From Candidatus Latescibacterota bacterium (GTDB lineage: Bacteria; Krumholzibacteriota; Krumholzibacteriia; WVZY01; JAKEHA01): 64,000 nt of DNA. The first letter of the stretch is position 1, and the number at the start of each line of letters is the position of its first letter. The DNA lies in contig OY970173.1 in NCBI GenBank assembly GCA_963707635.1, positions 480,001-544,000 on the forward strand. The letters run 5' to 3'. Positions 47,478 through 55,687 of the stretch are shown one piece after another. A program made the position numbers and the translations under genes. The notes beneath the pieces are model-generated. The model saw only the letters and a list, made by a program, of their open reading frames with translations, searched no databases and was not told where the DNA came from.

Positions 47478-47841
47478 TCAGGTCCGGGGGGGTCCTTTGC
47501 GTGCGATTTTCAGCGCCTCGTCCAGCGAGGAAGCGAACGGGATCACCTCGTGCACGCCGACCCTGCGCAGCACGTCGTCCACCAGCCCGCGCGGCTGCAG
47601 CAGCACCATCTTGTGCCCCTTGCGTTGCAGGGACTTGGCGCAGCCGAACAGCATGCCGATGCCAAGCGATGTGATGGAGTCCAGCTCCAGAGAGGTCGAC
47701 GATGGCCGAGCGATCGCGCGCCGAGGTCTCCCCGTAGAAGCGCGTGTCGATCTCACGGATGCCGGCCATGTCGAGCGAGCCCCGGAGTCGCACGTGCGAA
47801 ACGTTGTCGTCGCGTTCGGTGGCGATGAGTTCCATCGGCAT
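47478..47841 (-). pseudogene. STAS-domain anti-anti-sigma factor, split by a +1 frameshift near 47688 (possibly a sequencing error)
   Basis: 'LRGSLD...IVDLS' in one frame; 'ELDSITSLGIGML...SLDEAL' in the next. Confidence 0.75.
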
Positions 47842-47851
47842 GGTGAACCCC

Positions 47852-48934
47852 CTATTTGCTCCGCCCCTGGGACTGCGGTTGTGCCGGCTCCGTTTCGTCT
47901 CGATATATGAACGTGCGCGCGACGCCATCGCGGCGGACATACCCGCGGTACATTCCCGAGGTGTTGCATTCCATGGCGATGTGACCGTCGCGGTCGAGCG
48001 CGATCATCCCCCCGGTTTCCTCGCCCCCCAGTTGAATCGCCTCGTCCTGGATGACGTGTCGGGTGGCTTCTTCGACCGACAGGTGCTTGTACTTCATCAA
48101 CACCGATACTTCGTGCGCAAGCGCACCGCGGATGAACACTTCTCCGCGGCCGGTGCCGGACACGGCGCAGGTGGCGTTGTCGGCGTACGTGCCCGCACCG
48201 ATGATCGGCGAGTCGCCCACCCGCCCCCAGCGCTTGTTGGTCAAACCGCCGGTCGACGTCGCCGCGGCGAGATTGCCGTCACGGTCGAGTGCCACGGCCC
48301 CCACCGTCCCGAGGTGGGTGTGCGGGAATTCGAGCGAGCCGTACTCCTTCTTCCGGGTGCGCTCCTCTTCCTGCGTGCGCTTGAGCTCGTCCCAACGCTC
48401 CTGGGTGAAAAAATAGGCGCTGTCGGCGAACTCGAGACCCTGCTCGCGAGCGAACTGCTCGGCGCCGGCACCGACGAGCATCACGTGGCTCGTCTGCTCC
48501 ATCACGCGCCGCGCGGCGCGGACAGGATTCTTGATCCCGGTAACCGCCGCGACCGCGCCTGCCTTGAGCGTGCGGCCATCCATGATCGACGCGTCCATCT
48601 CGTTGTGACCCTGGCTGGTGAACACAGAGCCGCGCCCCGCATTGAAAAGGGGCGAGTCTTCCATCACGCGGACGGCGATTTCGACCGCATCGAGGCTGGA
48701 GCCTCCCTCCAGCAACACGCGGTAGCCCGCCTGAAGCGATTCAGTGAGGGCCTGGTGGTACGCGCGGGAACGCTCGGGGGTCATGCGCTCGCGCTGCATG
48801 GTGCCCGCCCCGCCGTGGACGACCAGCACGATCTCGCGCGAGTCGGCTGACCGGGGGGCATTGGTCGGGATCACGATGGCCACGAAGGCGATTACCAGGG
48901 GAACTAAGTACGTGTGTGAGACGACGTTGCTCAT
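47852..48934 (-). CDS. iaaA: Isoaspartyl peptidase/L-asparaginase (Ntn hydrolase), probably exported
   Basis: 'VHGGAG', 'FNAGRGS', 'GTVGAVA', 'TSTGG', 'GRVGDSP'. Confidence 0.92.
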   Translation of the reverse strand: MSNVVSHTYLVPLVIAFVAIVIPTNAPRSADSREIVLVVHGGAGTMQRERMTPERSRAYHQALTESLQAGYRVLLEGGSSLDAVEIAVRVMEDSPLFNAGRGSVFTSQGHNEMDASIMDGRTLKAGAVAAVTGIKNPVRAARRVMEQTSHVMLVGAGAEQFAREQGLEFADSAYFFTQERWDELKRTQEEERTRKKEYGSLEFPHTHLGTVGAVALDRDGNLAAATSTGGLTNKRWGRVGDSPIIGAGTYADNATCAVSGTGRGEVFIRGALAHEVSVLMKYKHLSVEEATRHVIQDEAIQLGGEETGGMIALDRDGHIAMECNTSGMYRGYVRRDGVARTFIYRDETEPAQPQSQGRSK

Positions 48935-49150
48935 CGGTACCTGCCGGAGCGTCGCCCGGAGTATACACGATGAGCAGCGCGCGCGTGAGTGGCGAGAGGT
49001 GGTGGGGTCTCGACTTCGCTCGGGCCCGATTGCCACGCCGGTAGCACCGGGCCCCCACTGAACCATGTTTTTGGGACCGGGTTCGCGGGTTCGATCGCGT
49101 CTCGCCCCTTTAGACGCCCCTCGAACCTCATCATCCCCCAGTCCTGTTGC

Positions 49151-49179
49151 TAAAGGGTCGGCGCCGTCCCGGGGATTCC
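49151..49179 (-). promoter_or_regulatory. Candidate ECF promoter, copy 2
   Basis: GGAAT-N14-CGACCCTTTA; same architecture as 50162-50188. Confidence 0.45.
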
Positions 49180-49221
49180 CCGGACTTTCTTGCGAAGTTT
49201 CCGGCGGGCGCGGCTGGGGAG

Positions 49222-50124
49222 CTAACCGTTTAAAAGATCGGAGATTAGAGTGGCTGCCCGGGCCTCTAGTGGCGAACCCGGGAACTGGGAGCGAACCAAC
49301 TGCAGCGTGTGCCGGGCCGACTCCCACTGGCCCATCTCGTATTGCACGAGGGCGAGGTTCAGGAGGGCGGCTCCGTTGTGAGGATCGCTGTCCAGAGCCG
49401 CATGCAACAAGCGTTCGGCCCGATCCATGTCGCTCGATCGATACGCGACGATGGCGTCGAGGACGAGGAAACGCGTGTCGTCCGGGAACTGCAAACGGGC
49501 GTCGTGGACATAGATCCCCGCCGATTCGACGTCCCCGGTGGCGAGAAAGCCGCTGATCAGCCAGTGCGCGACGTCCGGGTCGGCGTCTTCGCGGTAGACC
49601 CGCGCCAGTTCGGTGAGCGCGGAACTGATCGCCGCGTTTTTCTCTACGAAACCGGTGCGATGGAGCGGGGACGTCATGGCGGAGGCCGATTCGACGCCTG
49701 GAAGCACGATCGATCCCTCGGCCGACGCGCTCGCGGCGGCGTCCTGGAGCGGCTCGAACCAACGGTCGTTACTCCGCGCCCCCGGCCGGATTCCCGAATG
49801 CCACACGGCCGCCGCGGCGACCAGCACGGCGGCGGCCGCCAGCGCGAAGCCCAGCCGGGGCACGAGCCGCGGCGACCGACGCACCGCGGTGTCGGCGCGA
49901 CGGTCCCGGGGAATCCGCTTGGCCGTTGCGACCGCGTCGTCGGGCGCCCGGAACACGGATGCATCGGCGAGCAGAATGCACCGATAGCGAACCGTGTCCT
50001 GGTACGCGTCGTGGCACGCCTCGCACTGGCGCAGGTGCTCGATCAGGAAGGCGCGCTGCGCCGCTTCCATGGAATCGTCGGCGAGGGCCGCGATCTGATC
50101 GTTGGTGAGGTGGAGTTCGGTCAT
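49222..50124 (-). CDS. zf-HC2 anti-sigma factor with TM and C-terminal TPR
   Basis: 'HLRQCEAC', TM segment, TPR-like helices; follows the ECF sigma. Confidence 0.8.
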   Translation of the reverse strand: MTELHLTNDQIAALADDSMEAAQRAFLIEHLRQCEACHDAYQDTVRYRCILLADASVFRAPDDAVATAKRIPRDRRADTAVRRSPRLVPRLGFALAAAAVLVAAAAVWHSGIRPGARSNDRWFEPLQDAAASASAEGSIVLPGVESASAMTSPLHRTGFVEKNAAISSALTELARVYREDADPDVAHWLISGFLATGDVESAGIYVHDARLQFPDDTRFLVLDAIVAYRSSDMDRAERLLHAALDSDPHNGAALLNLALVQYEMGQWESARHTLQLVRSQFPGSPLEARAATLISDLLNG

Positions 50125-50161
50125 GGTGTTTCCGGTTGTGTGACCCGCGTCGACAGTCAAC

Positions 50162-50188
50162 TAGAGACGGATGCGGCGCCCGAATTCC
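50162..50188 (-). promoter_or_regulatory. Candidate ECF promoter, copy 1
   Basis: GGAAT-N14-CGTCTCTA between the sigma and anti-sigma genes. Confidence 0.5.
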
Positions 50189-50195
50189 CGCGGCG

Positions 50196-51074
50196 CTAGC
50201 GATCCTCTAATTTGCGGCGCAGCTTTCGGATAGCCCCGTCCAGGATGGTGTACACGCGTCGCTGGCCGCGCAGGCCGCGTTCCTTCGCGATCCGCTGCGC
50301 CGTCCACCCCTCCTCGAAACGCAACCGGACGATCTCCCGCTCTTCGTCCCCCAGCTCGCCCAGGAGTTCGCGGACGCGCTGCGCCTGGCTCGCGAGGTCG
50401 TCGCGACCCGGCGCGTCGGCCTCCTGCTCGCCGTCGCTCTGCTCCTGGCGGATGTCCATGTGGGCGAGGAACTCGAGCATGCGTCCGGACACGACCCCCA
50501 GCGCGGGAGCCTTGGCATCGGACTCGAGGCGGCGAAGGTAGCGCCGGTCGAACGTCGATTCGATTTTCAGGACTGCGTGGGCCACCATCTCGGCGGACGC
50601 CGTCATTCCCGCCGAGCGCAGCGAGTGCATCACCGCGTCGAACCCCAGACCCTCGATGTGGTGAAACCGGAATACGCGCTGCTCGAAAGGCGAGAGTGAC
50701 TCGAAGCCCTGCGGCATCTTCTTTCGCCCCTGGAGATGGCGAAGATGGTCGAGCGCCTTGCCGCGGGAAACGACGATGAGCCAGGTCGAGAGTTCCGAGC
50801 TGCCGCGAAACTCGCCGAGCTTGCCGCGGTAGAGCGCTTCGAGCACGTCGGCGAACACGGTGCGCACGTCGTCTTCGTCTTCCGCGAAGAGCTGACGGCG
50901 AATTACGCTGTAAATGAGACCGGCGTAGCGGTCGACGAAGGCGTGCCAGTGCGCGGTGGAACCGCCGAGGATCATCTCGATCAGGGCGAGATCCTCGTGG
51001 GCGCGCGTCTGCCTTTCGGCGGCCTCCGCCGGGGTGGGCTTGGGTCTTGGTTTGACAGGCTTCACGAGCGTCAC
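50196..51074 (-). CDS. ECF-type sigma-70 factor, extended
   Basis: Region 2 'FVDRY...LSTWL...ALDHLR'; region 4 'EREIVRLRFEEGWT'. Confidence 0.85.
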   Translation of the reverse strand: MTLVKPVKPRPKPTPAEAAERQTRAHEDLALIEMILGGSTAHWHAFVDRYAGLIYSVIRRQLFAEDEDDVRTVFADVLEALYRGKLGEFRGSSELSTWLIVVSRGKALDHLRHLQGRKKMPQGFESLSPFEQRVFRFHHIEGLGFDAVMHSLRSAGMTASAEMVAHAVLKIESTFDRRYLRRLESDAKAPALGVVSGRMLEFLAHMDIRQEQSDGEQEADAPGRDDLASQAQRVRELLGELGDEEREIVRLRFEEGWTAQRIAKERGLRGQRRVYTILDGAIRKLRRKLEDR

Positions 51075-51153
51075 TCGCGCCGGAGGTGGGGGGCCGGCGT
51101 ATTGCCTGCTACTACGTTAACGGATCGCGACGCGGGCGGCAAGGGCGACGGCG

Positions 51154-51276
51154 TCAGCCGCGGCCCTTGTACGCCTTGAGCTCCTCCGCGAGCGCCCGTC
51201 GCGCGCGCACCAGGCGGACCAGATACAGCAACACCGCGATCGATACCACCGAATAGGCGGCTGCCACCCAGGCCAT
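51154..51276 (-). CDS. ccmD: Heme exporter protein D
   Basis: 40 aa 'WVAAAYSVV...LYLVRL' directly after ccmC. Confidence 0.75.
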   Translation of the reverse strand: MAWVAAAYSVVSIAVLLYLVRLVRARRALAEELKAYKGRG

Positions 51277-51278
51277 GT

Positions 51279-51968
51279 TCACGCTCCTTCCGCGCTCTCG
51301 CGCAGCGCATTCACTTCGGCGCGCATGTACTCGAGGGCCACGCGCCGCCGCAACAGCACCGTGAACAGCAGCAGAAATGCCGCCGAGCACACCCACAGGG
51401 TCGTCGCCATCTTCGGGTCGAGCCCCGACCCCTCTCCGCCCATGATGACCGGCTGCGGGTGCTGGGTGCGCCACCAGCGGATGGCGAAATAGACCAGCGG
51501 CACGTCGATGAATCCCGCGACGCCGACGATCGCGGCGAGCGTCGCGCGCCGGTCCGGCGACTCGACGTAGCGGCGCAGCATGAGGTAGCCCATGTAGATC
51601 AGCCACAGCACGAGTGTGAGGGTGAGACGCGCATCCCACGTCCACCAGATTCCCCAGACCGGTTTCGCCCAGATGGGCCCGGTAATAAGGACGAGGGTGG
51701 TGAACAGCACGCCTACTTCCGCCGCCGCCAGCGCGCGCGCGTCCCACTTCGGGTCGCGGGTGGCGAGGTAGCGGAAGCTCGCGATGAACACGATCAGAAA
51801 TCCGAGGAAGGCGTTCCACGCCAGCGGCACGTGGAAGTAAAAGATCTTCTGGACGATGCCCATCTTGCTCTCGGTGGGCGCGTAGAAAAAGATCATGGCG
51901 ACGGCCACGGCCATCCACATGACCAGGGCAGCCTCGAGCACGGCGGTGGCGCGGTTTCGCGAGCCCAT
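51279..51968 (-). CDS. ccmC: Heme exporter protein C
   Basis: 'FYFHVP', 'WAKPVWGIWWTWDARLT', 'WWRTQHP'. Confidence 0.93.
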   Translation of the reverse strand: MGSRNRATAVLEAALVMWMAVAVAMIFFYAPTESKMGIVQKIFYFHVPLAWNAFLGFLIVFIASFRYLATRDPKWDARALAAAEVGVLFTTLVLITGPIWAKPVWGIWWTWDARLTLTLVLWLIYMGYLMLRRYVESPDRRATLAAIVGVAGFIDVPLVYFAIRWWRTQHPQPVIMGGEGSGLDPKMATTLWVCSAAFLLLFTVLLRRRVALEYMRAEVNALRESAEGA

Positions 51969-51971
51969 CGA

Positions 51972-52640
51972 TCACTCCTCGATCGCGTACTCGAAGACGA
52001 GCAACGAAGCGGTGACGAACACGACGTCGTAGACTATCAGAAGCCGATACCAAAACGAAGCGCTCTGTGCGCCACCGAGCGCGTACGACGTGGTCTCGAC
52101 CGCGGCGATGAGCGCGGGCACCGCGACCGGCAGAAACAGCAGTGGCAGCATCAACTCGCGCATGCGTGTGTTCGAGGCGACCGCGGAGAACAGCGTGCCC
52201 GCCGCCGCGAATCCCGCCGACCCCAGGGTGAACGACGCCGCCAGCGCCGGCAGCCGGGACGCGGCCAGGTCGACGTCGAAGAAGATCATGAACAGCGGCA
52301 GCACCACGATCTGGGTGGCCAGCAGGAACGTCCAGTTCGCGAGAAACTTTCCCAGGTAGATGCCGGCGGGGTCGACCGGGGCGAGGGCGAGCGCGCGGCC
52401 GGCGCCGGATTCCTTCTCGAGCGCGAACGAGTGGTTGAGCGCCAGCGTGCCCGCGAACGAGAACGCCACCCAGAAAAAGCCCGCGCCGAGGCGGCGCATT
52501 TCGGGGGTGTTCACGTCGAGCGCGAAGTTGAAAATCACCAGCACCAGGACGCTGAAAACGAGCGCCGCGCTCAGCGCATCCCTCGTGCGGAGCTCGATGC
52601 TGAGATCTTTCCACAGGACGACGGCGGCGGTACGGAGCAT
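51972..52640 (-). CDS. ccmB: Heme exporter protein B
   Basis: 'WKDL.IELR', 'YLGK', 'LPLLFLP..VP'. Confidence 0.9.
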   Translation of the reverse strand: MLRTAAVVLWKDLSIELRTRDALSAALVFSVLVLVIFNFALDVNTPEMRRLGAGFFWVAFSFAGTLALNHSFALEKESGAGRALALAPVDPAGIYLGKFLANWTFLLATQIVVLPLFMIFFDVDLAASRLPALAASFTLGSAGFAAAGTLFSAVASNTRMRELMLPLLFLPVAVPALIAAVETTSYALGGAQSASFWYRLLIVYDVVFVTASLLVFEYAIEE

Positions 52641-52648
52641 GGCGGTTC

Positions 52649-53404
52649 CTAGTCCCGGGGCGCGGCCGGCGCGACCGCGCGTGTCGAACCCGTGAAGAGC
52701 ACGTTCCAGTACGCATGACGGAACGCAGCCACGTCGACGTCGCGCGCAGCTCTGTCATAGCTGACCGACCCGCGTTCGAGGATGACGGCGCGCGTCGCGG
52801 CCTGGAAGGCACGCTCGACGTCGTGCGTGCTCATCAGGACGGCTCCGCCTTCGCGCGCAAACTCCTGCAGCAGCGACGCGAGGGCCTGGCTCGAGAGTTC
52901 GTCGAGCCCGGTGAACGGTTCGTCGAGCAGGAGCAGCCGCGGACTGTGGACGAGTGCGCGGGCGATAGCGAGCCGCTGCTTCATGCCGCGGCTCAAGTCG
53001 CGGGCGGTGTTCTGCGCGCGGCCGTCCAGCTCGACGCGCGCGAGCAGCTCGCGCACGCGCGCCTCCGCGTCCGCCACGCGGTAGAGGCGGGCGAAAAAGC
53101 GAAGGTTGTCGGCGACGCTCAGGTCCAGGTAGAGGCAGGTATCGTGCAGGACGATTCCGACCGCGCGCCGCATAGCGGCGGAGGCACGGCGCAGGTTCTC
53201 GCCGAATACGCGCACGTCGCCGTCGTAGGATCGGATCAGCGAACCGGCCACATGAATGAGGGTGGTCTTGCCGGCGCCGTTGCGGCCGAAGAGCGCCACG
53301 CATTCACCCGGCGCCACCGTGAGATCCACCGCGCGGAGCGCGGTCACGCGGCCGTAGCGCTTGGTCAGTCGCTCGCACTCGAGGGCGGGCGCGCCGGCGG
53401 TCAT
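52649..53404 (-). CDS. ccmA: Heme ABC exporter ATPase
   Basis: 'GRNGAGKTT', 'LSRGMKQR', 'LLLDEP'. Confidence 0.9.
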   Translation of the reverse strand: MTAGAPALECERLTKRYGRVTALRAVDLTVAPGECVALFGRNGAGKTTLIHVAGSLIRSYDGDVRVFGENLRRASAAMRRAVGIVLHDTCLYLDLSVADNLRFFARLYRVADAEARVRELLARVELDGRAQNTARDLSRGMKQRLAIARALVHSPRLLLLDEPFTGLDELSSQALASLLQEFAREGGAVLMSTHDVERAFQAATRAVILERGSVSYDRAARDVDVAAFRHAYWNVLFTGSTRAVAPAAPRD

Positions 53405-54744
53405 CTCGTCTTCGTCTGGGGAGCCGCCGCCGGGGCTGTCGATCCGGGAAGCGGCGCGGGTTGGTAGGCGGTGGTGTCCTGGGCGCGGAGCCGGATGGCG
53501 AGCGCAGCGGTTCTCGTCACCAACTCCTCGCGCGCCGCACGGTACGCCTCACCGGGGATCGCTTCCGCCGCGTGCAGGTCGTCGAGGCGGGCGAGCCGCG
53601 CCACCATCGAGTCGTAATGGCGGCGGAGCACTTTCGGATCCGAGAGCGGATCCCCGCGGTCGCGCAGCACGACGGCCACCATGCCCGCGAACGTGAACAA
53701 GAGCGCCGCAATGACGAACAGCGACAGACCCTCGGAGTCGCTGTCCACCGTGAGGACGTTCTGGTCTCCGCCCTCGCCGCCGCCGGTTCCGGCGAAACCG
53801 GGATCGCCGCCTTCGAACGCAAGCACGAGCTCGCTGCCCTTCGAAAGCCCGTGCACCGAGTAGGCCGACATGCCGTGCACGGGCTCCATCGCCTCGAGTG
53901 TGTGCGACGTGCTGGAAATCTTGATGTCGGGGTCGACCGCAAAGACGGTCGCCTGTTCGACGTCGTGGAAGAACTTCTCGGCGAGCGTGTACCGGCCGGA
54001 CGCGTACGGCAGCGTGAAGGCGATGCCGACGCGGGTGACGCCCGGGCGGATCGGGTACTCGATGGCGTAACGGCCGGGTGTGTCGGTGGGGATCGGAGTT
54101 CGGTCGACCGGAACGCTGAAGGTGGTCACGAAACACGCCGTCAGACTGTCCATGTCGGCGGGCAGGAAAAACTGGAAGAATGCCCCGTCACCCGTGATGG
54201 TTCGCGGCGGCGAGGACTCGTTGGTGATCTCGTAGAGTTGCTCGATCTGCAGCAGCTCGCCGTTGCGGGTCGCGGCCAGGTGCGGCATCGAAATCCGAAC
54301 GCCGGCCCACGACGTCGTTCGTTCGTACACGATCACCGCGATGTCCTGGTCGGCGCCGGTCACCTGCACGGGAGAGTTGTAGGCCACGCCGTCGTATTCG
54401 ACGCGAATCAGATAGATCGGGGCGTTCGCATCGAGGTCGGGGATCTCGAAGCGCCCGTCGCGCGCTTGGATCTCACGCTCCTGGAGCATCCCGCCGGAGG
54501 GGTTGACGACCTCGACCTTCGCGGAAATGCGCTTGTCGCCGGTGGTGCCGTTCTCGAGGGTTCCGTGGATGGTGAAGGCGCTCGCGCCGGAAGCGAGAAG
54601 CAGCACTGCGCTGGCCGCGAACCCCGCGCATACCCCGCGCGCGATTTGAGCAAGAGCGGGTGGCACCAGCCGGGGCCCCCGGCGCGTGGAGCCCCGCGAG
54701 CACGACGGGGTGGGCTGGTGACAGGACCCGCGAAGGTGAATCAT
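53401..54744 (-). CDS. Exported beta-sandwich protein with C-terminal TM and CcmI-like tail
   Basis: ATGA-coupled at both ends; signal peptide ending ASA-F; 'LARLDDLH...EAY...REEL' tail. Confidence 0.7.
   Translation of the reverse strand: MIHLRGSCHQPTPSCSRGSTRRGPRLVPPALAQIARGVCAGFAASAVLLLASGASAFTIHGTLENGTTGDKRISAKVEVVNPSGGMLQEREIQARDGRFEIPDLDANAPIYLIRVEYDGVAYNSPVQVTGADQDIAVIVYERTTSWAGVRISMPHLAATRNGELLQIEQLYEITNESSPPRTITGDGAFFQFFLPADMDSLTACFVTTFSVPVDRTPIPTDTPGRYAIEYPIRPGVTRVGIAFTLPYASGRYTLAEKFFHDVEQATVFAVDPDIKISSTSHTLEAMEPVHGMSAYSVHGLSKGSELVLAFEGGDPGFAGTGGGEGGDQNVLTVDSDSEGLSLFVIAALLFTFAGMVAVVLRDRGDPLSDPKVLRRHYDSMVARLARLDDLHAAEAIPGEAYRAAREELVTRTAALAIRLRAQDTTAYQPAPLPGSTAPAAAPQTKTR
54654..54732 (-). 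repeat. Structured dispersed repeat, copy 3 (in-frame in gene N-terminus)
   Basis: CGCGGGTCCTGTCACCAGC...GCTGGTGCCACCCGCTC. Confidence 0.8.
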
Positions 54745-55094
54745 CTCGGCACCTTGCGGCGCGCGCGCGCGTCGCCCTCGATCATGTCTTCGACCTCGCG
54801 GCGCACGTGCGCCTCGTCGATCTCCTTCACGACCTCCGCTGCTTCGGCCATGAGGCCGCCGCGCAGGCGATCGTAGTCGGGCTGGGAAAGCTTGCCCATC
54901 TGGAACTCGCCGTCCAGATCGCGCAGGTTGTCGTAGACGGTGACGCGGCGCGAATAGAGGTAGGCGAGCTTCTTCTGCTCGCCCAGCCCGAGCATGTCGT
55001 CGAGATAGTAGAGGTAGCGCTTCGGCGTCACGAGCGGGTACGCGACGAACGCGAGCGCCGCGGCACACACCAGTCCGATCACGAACAGTTCCAT
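54741..55094 (-). CDS. CcmI-like small membrane protein
   Basis: N-terminal TM; 'LRDLDGEFQMGKLSQPDY'. Confidence 0.7.
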   Translation of the reverse strand: MELFVIGLVCAAALAFVAYPLVTPKRYLYYLDDMLGLGEQKKLAYLYSRRVTVYDNLRDLDGEFQMGKLSQPDYDRLRGGLMAEAAEVVKEIDEAHVRREVEDMIEGDARARRKVPR

Positions 55095-55096
55095 GG

Positions 55097-55687
55097 TTAC
55101 ACCGACTTCATTTCGTCTTCAATGCGTCGTTTCATCTCGGGATCGATAGCGGCCGCCGGCGCGGCGACGGCGGCGCGGCGCCTGGCCGCCCACCGCATCG
55201 ACAGATAGACCGCGGCGAACAGGCCGACCAGCAAGGCAAAGCCGGGCATCACCCAGGCAGCGAGGTTGAACCCCGACGTCGGCGGCGAGGACAGGACCTT
55301 GAGACCGTATTCACCGACGAACCCCGCCACGATCGAATCGTTCGGTGCACCTGCAAGCAACTGGGTCTCGATCGAGTGCCGCATCGGCACCGCGGACGGA
55401 CAGTTCACGTGGTTGCACACCTGCAGAATCATGTTGCAACCGCACTGGCACACGAGCCGATCGGAGATTTCGTTGAAGCGCGTCGCGAGCGCCGGGTCCT
55501 TGAGCTGCGTCTTCGCCGACTGCGCGAACGCTCCGGGGGCGAATACGAGGGTGGCAAGAGCGACGACGTATAGCGTGCGGCACAAGCGGGTGGCGCCGAT
55601 GGGGGCCCCCCGCCGCGCGCAGCCTGCGAGCACGGTGGGGGTAATCGGCGACAGGACCCGCGGAGTTGCCGACGAACTGAAATTCAT
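55097..55687 (-). CDS. ccmH: Cytochrome c biogenesis protein CcmH
   Basis: 'LVCQCGC...C', 'EYG..VLSSP', 'AWVMP'; ATGA overlap with ccmF. Confidence 0.85.
   Translation of the reverse strand: MNFSSSATPRVLSPITPTVLAGCARRGAPIGATRLCRTLYVVALATLVFAPGAFAQSAKTQLKDPALATRFNEISDRLVCQCGCNMILQVCNHVNCPSAVPMRHSIETQLLAGAPNDSIVAGFVGEYGLKVLSSPPTSGFNLAAWVMPGFALLVGLFAAVYLSMRWAARRRAAVAAPAAAIDPEMKRRIEDEMKSV
55585..55662 (-). repeat. Structured dispersed repeat, copy 4 (in-frame in ccmH N-terminus)
   Basis: CGCGGGTCCTGTCGCCGAT...ATCGGCGCCACCCGCT. Confidence 0.8.

Noticed and set aside
48991..49106. tRNA-like look: GGCGAGA/TCTCGCC ends with GGTTCGAT near the 3' end
   Set aside because: 116 nt long, no D or anticodon arm, non-canonical T-stem, no CCA; G-U pairing favours the opposite strand
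50012..50038. CEACH in the anti-sigma factor as a heme-binding motif
   Set aside because: Part of the cytoplasmic HxxxCxxC zinc finger
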